Shown: piece after piece, positions 38,673-47,278 of the stretch
Numbering within the stretch: the stretch's first letter is position 1
How the letters are laid out: each line of letters starts with the position of its first letter
DNA from: Candidatus Latescibacterota bacterium
GTDB taxonomy: Bacteria > Latescibacterota > UBA2968 > UBA8231
NCBI GenBank assembly: GCA_965206595.1
Contig: OZ242214.1
Location: 5,824,001 to 5,888,000 of the forward strand
DNA length: 64,000 bases
Direction of reading: 5' to 3'
Program-made: the position numbers and the translations under genes
The notes under the pieces: model-generated
Database searches by the model: none
What the model was told of the DNA's origin: nothing
The model's input: only the letters and a program-made list of their open reading frames with translations

Positions 38673-39395
38673 ATGACAGAAACTCACGAAGCTTTGAGCG
38701 TGACGACGAATATCCACCGCGACTACGTCACCCCCACCACGATTCAGATTCGCGTGTACGACGACCGGATCGCGATCTGGAATGCGGTGCAGTTGCCGCC
38801 TGAATGGGCCGCCGATCCACTTGCCGGGGAACTTTCGTCGAAGCCGTACAACCCGCGAATCGCCTACGCCTTCTTCCGAGCCGGAATGATCGAAGCCTGG
38901 GGACGGGGCATCCGGCGGATCGTGGACATGTGCCGGGAGGCTGGCAACCCCAAGCCAAAATGGGAGTTGGAACCGGGCGGCGACGGTCTGTGGTTGAGGT
39001 TCCCGTTCTCTGCCGCGTACCGGGCAGCCGATTCCGCTGCCAGCAGCGACACTACCCCGAAAACTACCCGGAAAGTCGGGGTCTCTGGGGTTGAAACCGG
39101 GGACCAGTCAGAGTCGCAGCCAGAGTCACGGCCAGAGTCGCAGCCAGAGTCGCTGGCGCTGAGAGTGCTCAAGCAACTGGCGGATGGGCCGATGTCGAAG
39201 ACGGAGCTGTCCAGCAGTCTGGGACAGAAGAAGATCTCCGGTCAGCTCAACAAAGTGATCCGGCTGCTTGTTAATGACGGGAGAGTCGCATACACAATTC
39301 CCGACAAGCCCCGAAGCCGGCTCCAGCAGTATCGGCTGACGGACAAGGGGCGGGCTTCCGTTGAGAGGCTTCTGACCGGGAATGCCGGGTCATGA
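38673..39395 (+). pseudogene. N-terminally truncated HATPase_c_4 + wHTH (Fic-HTH-like) protein
   Basis: Begins at ..NIHRDY (mid-domain), PYNPRIA, IEAWGRGI, tetrapeptide-repeat linker, TIPDKPRSRLQQYRLT; AlbA domain absent. Confidence 0.65.
39051..39158 (+). repeat. 12-bp tandem repeats in coding linker (TTPK/TTRK x2; ESQP/ESRP/ESQP/ESLA x4)
   Basis: ACTACCCCGAAA ACTACCCGGAAA at 39051-39074; GAGTCGCAGCCA-type units at 39111-39158. Confidence 0.85.
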
Positions 39396-42300
39396 GTACC
39401 GTCGGCCAGCGGGAGGTCCTCACCCAACAGCGGGTGATCGAGTTCTTCCGGGACTCCCTTCGCTACAGGTACTTCGGCCGCTGGCAGGACCGGGATATCA
39501 ACCGCAACGTCGAGAAAACCCACCTCACCCGCTGGCTGAAACGCCAGGGTCACGGCGACAAGATCATCGAAAAGGCGCTGTACGAGCTGGACAAGGCCGC
39601 GGCCCTCGGCGGCAGCAAGACGCTCTACGAGGCCAACCGCGAGGTCTACGGCCTGCTGCGCTACGGCGTGAAGGTGCAGCCCGGCATCGGCGAGCAGTTC
39701 GTCACGGTGTCGCTGATCGACTGGGCGAATCCCCGGAACAACGACTTCGGCATTGCCCAGGAGGTGACCGTCTTCGGGGAGAACAACCGCCGGCCCGACC
39801 TCGTGCTCTACGTCAACGGCATCGCTTTGGGAGTGCTGGAGCTGAAGCGCTCCACGGTATCGGTTGCCGAGGGGATCCGCCAGAACCTCGACAGCCAGAA
39901 GAAGGAGTTCATCCAGCCCTTCTTCGCCACGGTGCAGTTCCTGATGGCGGGCAACGACACCGAGGGGTTGCGCTACGCCGTCATCGAGACCCCGGAGAAG
40001 CACTGGCTGCGCTGGAAGGAAGCCGAGGCCGACCCGGACGCCGGGGACAGCCCGCTGCTCCGGGAGCTGGGCCAGCTCTGCAAGAAGGAGCGGCTGCTCG
40101 AAATCGTCCACGATTTCCTGGTCTTCGACGCCGGCGACAAGAAGATCTGCCGCCACAACCAGTATTTCGGCGTGAAGGCGGCGCAGGAGCGCGTGAGGCG
40201 CCGCGAGGGCGGCATCATCTGGCACACCCAGGGGAGCGGCAAGAGCCTGACCATGGTCTGGCTTGCCAAATGGATTCGCGAGCATGTCACCGACCCCCGG
40301 GTCCTCCTCATCACCGACCGCACCGAGCTGGACGAGCAGATCGAGGGGGTTTTCAGGGGGGTCAGCGAGGACATCCACCGCACAAGCAGCGGTGCCGATC
40401 TGGTGCGCGTGCTCAACAGCCCGGACGAGTGGCTGATCGGCTCGCTGATCCACAAGTTCGGCGCATCCGAGGAGATCAGCGAAAAGGAAATCGAGACCTA
40501 CGTCGACGAGATCAGGAAGAGTCTGCCCAGGGGTTTCCACCCCAAGGGCGAGATTTTCGTCTTCGTGGACGAGTGCCACCGCACCCAGTCCGGCAAGCTC
40601 CACGAGGCCATGAAGGCGCTGCTGCCGGGGGCCATGCTGATCGGCTTCACCGGGACGCCACTGCTCAAGGAGGACAAGAAGCGGAGCATCGAGACCTTCG
40701 GGACCTACATCCACACCTACAAGTACGACGAGGCGGTGAGCGACGGCGTGGTGCTGGACCTGCGCTACGAGGCGCGCGACATCGACCAGAGCATCGCCTC
40801 GCAGGACAGGATCGATCAGTGGTTCGACCTCAAGACCCGCGGGCTGACCGACGTGGCCAAGGCTCAGCTCAAGCAGCGTTGGGGCACGATGCGAAGAGCC
40901 CTGAGTTCGCGTGAACGGCTGGAGAAGATCGTCGCCGACATCCTGATCGACATGGAGACGCGCGATCGTCTCGAGAGCGGCCGCGGCAACGCTTTGCTCG
41001 TATCCGACAGCATCTACTCGGCCTGCCGTTTCTTCGAGAGGTTTCAGGAGCACGGTCTGGCCGGCAAATGCGCCATCGTCACCTCGTACAGGCCGGCAAC
41101 GGGGGACATCAAGGGGGAGGAGACCGGCGAGGGGCTCACCGAAAAGCTGCGGCAGTACGAAGCCTACCGGAAGATGCTCGCGGCGCACTTCAACGAGCCG
41201 GAAGAAAAGGCGATGCGCAAGGTCGAGACCTTCGAAAAGGAGGTGAAGAGGCGCTTCATCGACGAGCCGGGGCAGATGAAGCTCCTGATCGTCGTCGACA
41301 AGCTGCTGACCGGTTTCGATGCTCCTTCGGCGACCTATCTCTACATCGACAAGAATATGCAGGACCACGGCCTGTTCCAGGCGATCTGCCGGGTCAACCG
41401 CCTCGACGGGGAAGACAAGGAATACGGCTACATCATCGACTACAAGGACCTGTTCCGGTCGCTCGAGAAGTCAATCGAGGATTACACCGGGGAGGCATTC
41501 GAAGGCTATGACAAGGAAGACGTGGAGGGCCTGCTGAAGGACCGGCTGAAGCAGGGCCGGGAACGGCTGGAGGAGGCGCGCGAGGCAGTCAAGGCGTTGT
41601 GCGAGCCGGTCGAGCCCCCGCGAGACACTGCGGCCTATCTCCGCTTCTTTTGCGCAGCAGAGAGCGGCAACACCGAGCAACTCAAGGAGAACGAACCCAA
41701 GCGGGTGGCGTTGTACAAGCTGGCCGCGGCCTTCCTGCGCGCCTATGCCAACCTGGCCAACGAGATGTGCGAGGCCGGCTACTCTGACGCCGAGGCGCGG
41801 GAGATCAAGGCCGAGGTGGACCACTACGAGAAGGTGCGCCAGGAGGTCAAGCTGGCCAGCGGCGACTACATCGACCTCAAGCTGTACGAGCCGGCCATGC
41901 GGCACCTGCTCGACACCTACATCCGGGCGGAGGAGAGCGAGAAGGTCTCCGCTTTCGACGACCTGACGCTGGTGCAGCTGATCGTCGAGCGTGGAGAAAA
42001 GGCGGTGGACGAGCTGCCCGAGGGTATCCGCAGGAACCCCGAGGCGGTGGCCGAGACGATCGAGAACAACGTCAGGCGGCTGATCATCGACGAGATGGAG
42101 GTCAACCCCAGGTACTACGAGAAGATGTCGGAACTGCTCGACGACCTGATCCTGCAGCGCCGGCAGGAGGCGATGGACTACAAGGCCTACCTGAAGAGGA
42201 TCATCGAGCTGACCAGGAATGTCAGAAGGCCGGAGGCTGAGCCGTCCTATCCTGCGACCATCAACACCGCCGCCCTGAGGTCGCTCTTCGACAACCTGGA

Positions 42301-42547
42301 GGAAGCGCATGCCTGGGCGTGGCGAGAAAAGGCATCGAGGGACTATGGCCCGGGGGAGGCCGTTGATGTCAGGGAGGCGATGGCGCTGGCCTTGGATCGC
42401 GCCATCCGCTTGGTGAAGAAGGCGGACTGGCGGGGAAACCGGTTCAAGGAGCGGGAGGTCCGAAACGTCATCAGGTCGGAAGTCGACGGCGACGAGGCCC
42501 TTACGGAGAAGATATTCGAGCTCGTAAAGGCTCAACGTGACTACTGA
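39392..42547 (+). CDS. hsdR: Type I restriction endonuclease subunit R
   Basis: RPDLVLYVNGIALGVLELKR nuclease motif, HTQGSGKS, DECHR, GFTGTP, LTGFDAP, QAICRVNR. Confidence 0.96.
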   Translation: MSTVGQREVLTQQRVIEFFRDSLRYRYFGRWQDRDINRNVEKTHLTRWLKRQGHGDKIIEKALYELDKAAALGGSKTLYEANREVYGLLRYGVKVQPGIGEQFVTVSLIDWANPRNNDFGIAQEVTVFGENNRRPDLVLYVNGIALGVLELKRSTVSVAEGIRQNLDSQKKEFIQPFFATVQFLMAGNDTEGLRYAVIETPEKHWLRWKEAEADPDAGDSPLLRELGQLCKKERLLEIVHDFLVFDAGDKKICRHNQYFGVKAAQERVRRREGGIIWHTQGSGKSLTMVWLAKWIREHVTDPRVLLITDRTELDEQIEGVFRGVSEDIHRTSSGADLVRVLNSPDEWLIGSLIHKFGASEEISEKEIETYVDEIRKSLPRGFHPKGEIFVFVDECHRTQSGKLHEAMKALLPGAMLIGFTGTPLLKEDKKRSIETFGTYIHTYKYDEAVSDGVVLDLRYEARDIDQSIASQDRIDQWFDLKTRGLTDVAKAQLKQRWGTMRRALSSRERLEKIVADILIDMETRDRLESGRGNALLVSDSIYSACRFFERFQEHGLAGKCAIVTSYRPATGDIKGEETGEGLTEKLRQYEAYRKMLAAHFNEPEEKAMRKVETFEKEVKRRFIDEPGQMKLLIVVDKLLTGFDAPSATYLYIDKNMQDHGLFQAICRVNRLDGEDKEYGYIIDYKDLFRSLEKSIEDYTGEAFEGYDKEDVEGLLKDRLKQGRERLEEAREAVKALCEPVEPPRDTAAYLRFFCAAESGNTEQLKENEPKRVALYKLAAAFLRAYANLANEMCEAGYSDAEAREIKAEVDHYEKVRQEVKLASGDYIDLKLYEPAMRHLLDTYIRAEESEKVSAFDDLTLVQLIVERGEKAVDELPEGIRRNPEAVAETIENNVRRLIIDEMEVNPRYYEKMSELLDDLILQRRQEAMDYKAYLKRIIELTRNVRRPEAEPSYPATINTAALRSLFDNLEEAHAWAWREKASRDYGPGEAVDVREAMALALDRAIRLVKKADWRGNRFKEREVRNVIRSEVDGDEALTEKIFELVKAQRDY

Positions 42548-43265
42548 CCGGCGGCACATCGAGGTGCGCGGCATCTCCGTGGAGGTCGTCCGCAAGGACA
42601 TCAAGAATCTCCACGTGGGGGTCTACCCCCCGGCGGGCCGGGTGCGGGTGGCCTTGCCGCTGCGTCTTGACGACGGCACCGTGCGGCTGGCGGTCATCTC
42701 ACGCCTGGGATGGATTCAGCGGAGGCGGGCGGAGTTCGCGCAACAGGACCGTCAGTCCCAGCGGGGGATGGTGAACGGCGAGAGCCATTACTTCAGGGGC
42801 CGGCGCTACCGGCTCGACGTGATCGAGCACGATGGCATGCCGCGCATTCGTCTGGTCAACAACACCAGAATGGAACTGCGTGCACGTCCGGGCGATGACC
42901 GGGACGCCCGGGAGGCCGTGCTTCACCGGTGGTACCGCCGTCAGCTGCGAGGCGAATTGCCGCGGCATCTGGACAAGTGGGAAAGGACGGTCGGGGTAAC
43001 CGTCGACGAGGTGCGGATCAAGAGGATGAAGACCCGCTGGGGCTCCTGCAATGCCGATGCCCGGCGCATCTGGCTGAACCTCGAGCTGGCCAAGAAGCCG
43101 GCATCCTGCCTGGCGTACATCCTCGTGCATGAGATGGTCCACTTGATCGAGCGCCGTCACAACGACCGGTTCCGGGATCTGATGGACCAATTCATGCCTC
43201 AGTGGCATCTGCACAGGGACGAGCTCAATTGCGCCCCGCTCGCTCACGAAGACTGGTTATACTGA
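42537..43265 (+). CDS. M48/YgjP (DUF45)-family metal-dependent hydrolase
   Basis: MKTRWGSC, IWLNLEL, HEMVH, HNDRF; usual neighbour downstream of hsdR. Confidence 0.92.
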   Translation: MTTDRRHIEVRGISVEVVRKDIKNLHVGVYPPAGRVRVALPLRLDDGTVRLAVISRLGWIQRRRAEFAQQDRQSQRGMVNGESHYFRGRRYRLDVIEHDGMPRIRLVNNTRMELRARPGDDRDAREAVLHRWYRRQLRGELPRHLDKWERTVGVTVDEVRIKRMKTRWGSCNADARRIWLNLELAKKPASCLAYILVHEMVHLIERRHNDRFRDLMDQFMPQWHLHRDELNCAPLAHEDWLY

Positions 43266-43369
43266 AAAAGAAGGCTCATCCGGCTTGAGCATTGCGCCCC
43301 GGCAGCCTGTGGTGAGAACCCGGTAGATTTTCTGCTCCCCAGTTCTACCCCTGAACAAACCCACAAATC

Positions 43370-43403
43370 CCGCAAGAGAGGATCCCAATGGCACTGGAGA
43401 AAT
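43370..43403. repeat. Right copy of imperfect direct repeat bracketing the R-M island
   Basis: CCGCAAGAGAGGATCCCAATGGCACTGGAGAAAT aligns 29/34 with 31686..31717. Confidence 0.6.
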
Positions 43404-44587
43404 TCACCATCTCACGGGACGACGGCGTGTACGAGTGCTTCCCGCACCTGTGCCTGACCCGAAGCGGCCGCATCCTCCTGGTGTACCGGGAGAGCAACGG
43501 CCACGTCGCCAGCGAGTTCTGCCGCCTCGTCCTGCGCCACAGCGACGACGCCGGGCGCACCTGGTCCGAACGCTTCGTGCTCCGCGACGAGGCTTACGAG
43601 AACGGCGTCCTGACCAAGTGGAACTGCCCGAAGATCCAGCAGCTGCGCGACGGCCGCGTCCTGCTTCTGTGCGACGCCATCGACTTCCCCCCAGGGGAGT
43701 GGAACGCCACCGTCGGCAACGCCCGCATCGTGCTCTGGTTCAGCGACGACGACGGGGCTACCTGGTCGGAGGGGTTCGCAACCAGCGTCAACGGCATCTG
43801 CCCGGACGTCGTCACCGAGCTGGCGGACGGCACCTGGCTGCTGGCGGCCAACACCTACGCCGACGGCATGAAGCGCGTCGTTCAGAACGTCTCGGCGAGC
43901 GCGGACCTGGGGCGGACCTGGGGGCCTCCGCTGGATATCTGCCCCGACCCGGACTACCGCCTCGCCGAGGCCAGCGTCGTTGCCTGCCCGGACGGCGAGC
44001 TGGTCGTCTACCTGAGAGAGGAGTCGGGTAAGGGCCGGCCGCTGCAGAAGATGATTTCGCGGGACCGCGGCCGTTCCTGGGAAGGCCCGTTCGACACCCT
44101 CAACCCGGCCGCCCACGGCATGCCGGTCGCGGGTGTTACCCAAGACCAGTTGGTGCTGACCCTGGGCCGCTTCAGCCTGCGCTCGAGCTGGCGCGTCGAC
44201 ATGAGCGCGGAGACCGTGCGCCGGCGCCTGGAGACACGCACCATCGTCGTTCCCAACGTGACGGAGAACGCCGCTTTCCGGAGCCGCCTGAAACCGGGCC
44301 CGGGCACCCGCATCGACGAGCACGAGATCGTCATTGCAGGGGGCGGAACGCCCCCTCACACCTTCGCCTTCCTCGAGCCCCTGGCCAGCGCCCTCGAAGC
44401 GGATCTCGACAGGCAGGACGGCCTGCTGCTCCCCCTGGACCACGACCGCAACAACATCAGCTGCGACAGCGGCTATACGGGCTGGGTCGAGTACGAGCGC
44501 GGCCGCTTTCTCGCCGCCAACTACATCAACGACGACGCCCCCAGGGCCCAGATCAGGGGCTACCGCTTCGGAGTCGAGGATTTTTGA
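43388..44587 (+). CDS. BNR/Asp-box sialidase-like glycosidase
   Basis: Asp boxes SDDAGRTWS, SDDDGATWS, SADLGRTWG, SRDRGRSWE; DSGY near the C-terminus. Confidence 0.85.
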   Translation: MALEKFTISRDDGVYECFPHLCLTRSGRILLVYRESNGHVASEFCRLVLRHSDDAGRTWSERFVLRDEAYENGVLTKWNCPKIQQLRDGRVLLLCDAIDFPPGEWNATVGNARIVLWFSDDDGATWSEGFATSVNGICPDVVTELADGTWLLAANTYADGMKRVVQNVSASADLGRTWGPPLDICPDPDYRLAEASVVACPDGELVVYLREESGKGRPLQKMISRDRGRSWEGPFDTLNPAAHGMPVAGVTQDQLVLTLGRFSLRSSWRVDMSAETVRRRLETRTIVVPNVTENAAFRSRLKPGPGTRIDEHEIVIAGGGTPPHTFAFLEPLASALEADLDRQDGLLLPLDHDRNNISCDSGYTGWVEYERGRFLAANYINDDAPRAQIRGYRFGVEDF

Positions 44588-47196
44588 TGCCATCCCGCGG
44601 AAGGGCGACCGGGAAACAGCGTAAAAAGAAACCCCGGCAGCGCCCGGATTCGGGCAAAGAGCGGCAGGAGGCGGCACCTTCCCGCCCGACAGGGAACCTG
44701 AAGCTCTACGCGACGGCCGCTGCACTGGGGCTGCTGGCTCTGCTGTTGTTCGTCCACCAGTACACGACCATGGCGCGGTTCGGTATCCTTCCGCCGGGTC
44801 GGCGCTACGTAACTGTTTCGTGGTTCCTGTCGCAGGTTTTCGAGCACATCGAATTCAGCTTCCTGGACTATGCGCTGCTCGCCGCCATAGCGGGCCTCTT
44901 CCTGGCGCTGGTGATCGCGGAATTCCGGGGCGGCTGCCTGAGCGGCCTGCTGCGCGGGGTATTCAAGAGCGAAGGCAGGACCATCGCCCTGCTCGCCGCC
45001 GCCGGTTTCGTAGCCGTCAGGTATTACCTCGGCTCAGGTGAATTCCCTTGGGGCGGGGATCAACCGCAGCACATCTGCTTCGCGCAGATGGCCTCGCGCT
45101 CGATATCCGAGGGAGAGCTGCCGATCTGGACCAACTACCTCGGCGCGGGCACGCCCTACCTCCAGTTCTACGGCTTCCTGTTCTTCTACCTGACAGGGCT
45201 GATAGACCAGCTCCGGAGCGACGTGTTCACGTCGCTGAAAGTCGCGATGGGGGTGCTGCACGCCGCCTCGGGGGTGGCGATGTACCTGCTGGCGCGAACC
45301 GTGACGCGCTCGCGGAAAGCCGGCTTCATCGCCGGCCTGGCCTACGTGATGAGCTTCTGGCATACCCAGCAGATCATCATCATGGGCCGTTTCCCGCTGT
45401 CGCTCTTCTACGCCCTGCTGCCCCTGCCCTTCTACTTCTTCGAGCGCCTGTCGAGTCCCTGTCTCGCGGGGCATCGGGCGAGACTGGCGAGCAGTATGGC
45501 CGGTGGGATCTGCCTGGGAGCCCTGGCCCTTACCCACCCCGGCTACGCCTTCTGGGCCACCGTTCTGCTTGGGGTGTACGCGGGGTTGCGCCTATCGATA
45601 TTGCTCCGCGAGGACCGCAGCCGGAGCGACCTGGTCTGGTGGTCGGGGCTCCTGTTCGCGGGCGGCCTGGTCTTCGGGGGGTACCTGACCCTGCCGATGT
45701 CGCTCGAGCGCGACTATACGGGGCTCTATCGCGGCATGATGAATTTCGCCTCGGTGCCGATCCCGACGTGGCAGCACGTGCTGGCCTGGTCGAACTACCG
45801 CTTCTGGGCGATTCCGCCTCCCGACCTCAAGGTCAATTGGTACGGCGGATACCTCGGGCTGTCGCTGGTGGTTCTCGTTGCCGGCGGAACCGCCGCGGCC
45901 CTTTGCAGCCGTTCCCGGGAGCTGATCCTCCGGTCTCTCCCGGCGCTGTGCTGTCTGGGGTTGACGGCCCTCCTCGTCTTCGGGTACCTGTTGCCCCCGC
46001 TCCAGGCTCTTCCGGTGGTGCAGATGCTGGCCGCGGGCCGCTACTTGTTGTTCACCGTCTTCTTTCTGGCCCTTGCCGTCGGCCCGGCGTCGCAGGCGCT
46101 GAGGATCCTTCTGCGGGGCCGGCGCTGGCGAGTCCCGGTGCCGACCCTGATTCTGCTGGCCGTCGTCGTTGACCTGGGGCCGGCGACGTTTCAGCAGATG
46201 TACTTTTCTGGCGATTCGCCAGCCAACATGTTCCCGCAACTTCGGACGCAGGCCGACTCCCTGGATGCGCAAGGGCAGCTGCCTGATCACCGGGTCCTCT
46301 GGAGCGGCTCCAAGCACAGCAAGTACTGGCTGCAAGGGAAGCTGTATTTCGAATCGCGGACCCCGAGCCCGCGTTCGTTCCATCCCGGGAGAGCGAGGGC
46401 GGTCGTCGACTTCGTGGAACCGGTCGACCGCTACCTGTCGAAGCTGGTCGAGATGGGCTTTTTCGAGGTTGACACCAAAGGCAATGCCGATCTCCAGGGA
46501 CGAATCCCCGAAACCATTTTCGGCCGCAATCAAGAGGAAATCGTCCTGGCCGGCCTGAGCATGATGGATGTCAGGTATCTCATCCTGTCACACCTCGATG
46601 GACAGACGAGAATCAGCGACATGAGTGGGTTCGGGTCCCATGGCCCGGTTCTCGTGTCTCCGAGGATCGAGCCGTTTCCCGCCGAACAGGTCGACCAGAT
46701 CATCGCCAGCGGCGAACCGTTCGAAACCATGGACTCCAAGGGAATCGACGCCGGTTTCACCAGGATGCTCATGGATTCGTACCAGGCCCTGTTCCTTGTT
46801 GTGAATACGGTAGTCGATCTGAACACCAGGGTGTGCGAGCGGATCTTCGTGGTCGACGCCGAGGGCCGGGAGCTGGGCACGAACCCGGAGGTCGAGGTCC
46901 TCGAGCACACCGTGCGCATGCAGCGGGTCGACCTGAGGCTGCGGGTCAGCGAGACCTGCTTCGCGCGCCTCGCGTACTCCTACTTCCCGCATCTGCGCGT
47001 CGCCGTCGACGGCCGTGAAGTCAGCCCGCTGCGCACCGCGGGCGGGTTCATGGCGGTGCATCTCGAGGCCGGGGAGCACGACCTGACCCTGGAGGCGGAG
47101 CTGTCGCCGCTGCGGCGCGGCCTGCTCGCCTTCAACCTCCTCTACCTTGCGGCAACGGCGTTCCTGTTCGTCGACAACAGGCGGAGGAAGCAGTGA
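44587..47196 (+). CDS. Polytopic membrane protein, PTPS-related/YfhO-like (probable GT-C glycosyltransferase)
   Basis: TGATG coupling; GGDQPQH, PIWTNYLGAGTPYLQFY, many TM segments, C-terminal YSYFPHLRVAVDG..LEAGEH domain. Confidence 0.7.
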   Translation: MPSRGRATGKQRKKKPRQRPDSGKERQEAAPSRPTGNLKLYATAAALGLLALLLFVHQYTTMARFGILPPGRRYVTVSWFLSQVFEHIEFSFLDYALLAAIAGLFLALVIAEFRGGCLSGLLRGVFKSEGRTIALLAAAGFVAVRYYLGSGEFPWGGDQPQHICFAQMASRSISEGELPIWTNYLGAGTPYLQFYGFLFFYLTGLIDQLRSDVFTSLKVAMGVLHAASGVAMYLLARTVTRSRKAGFIAGLAYVMSFWHTQQIIIMGRFPLSLFYALLPLPFYFFERLSSPCLAGHRARLASSMAGGICLGALALTHPGYAFWATVLLGVYAGLRLSILLREDRSRSDLVWWSGLLFAGGLVFGGYLTLPMSLERDYTGLYRGMMNFASVPIPTWQHVLAWSNYRFWAIPPPDLKVNWYGGYLGLSLVVLVAGGTAAALCSRSRELILRSLPALCCLGLTALLVFGYLLPPLQALPVVQMLAAGRYLLFTVFFLALAVGPASQALRILLRGRRWRVPVPTLILLAVVVDLGPATFQQMYFSGDSPANMFPQLRTQADSLDAQGQLPDHRVLWSGSKHSKYWLQGKLYFESRTPSPRSFHPGRARAVVDFVEPVDRYLSKLVEMGFFEVDTKGNADLQGRIPETIFGRNQEEIVLAGLSMMDVRYLILSHLDGQTRISDMSGFGSHGPVLVSPRIEPFPAEQVDQIIASGEPFETMDSKGIDAGFTRMLMDSYQALFLVVNTVVDLNTRVCERIFVVDAEGRELGTNPEVEVLEHTVRMQRVDLRLRVSETCFARLAYSYFPHLRVAVDGREVSPLRTAGGFMAVHLEAGEHDLTLEAELSPLRRGLLAFNLLYLAATAFLFVDNRRRKQ

Positions 47197-47278
47197 CCCC
47201 GGTAGAGGGGCCCCCGGGCCCGGGACTGCGGAGGAGCATCGAGTATCACCGCCGCGGCGGCTTCTCAAGCGCGCCGCC

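Larger units (their letters stand above)
31686..43369. mobile_element. Putative defence island (Type I R-M plus cargo); no mobility gene seen
   Basis: R-M/TA gene cluster with more AT-rich cargo interrupting catabolic genes; imperfect direct repeat at both ends. Confidence 0.55.
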
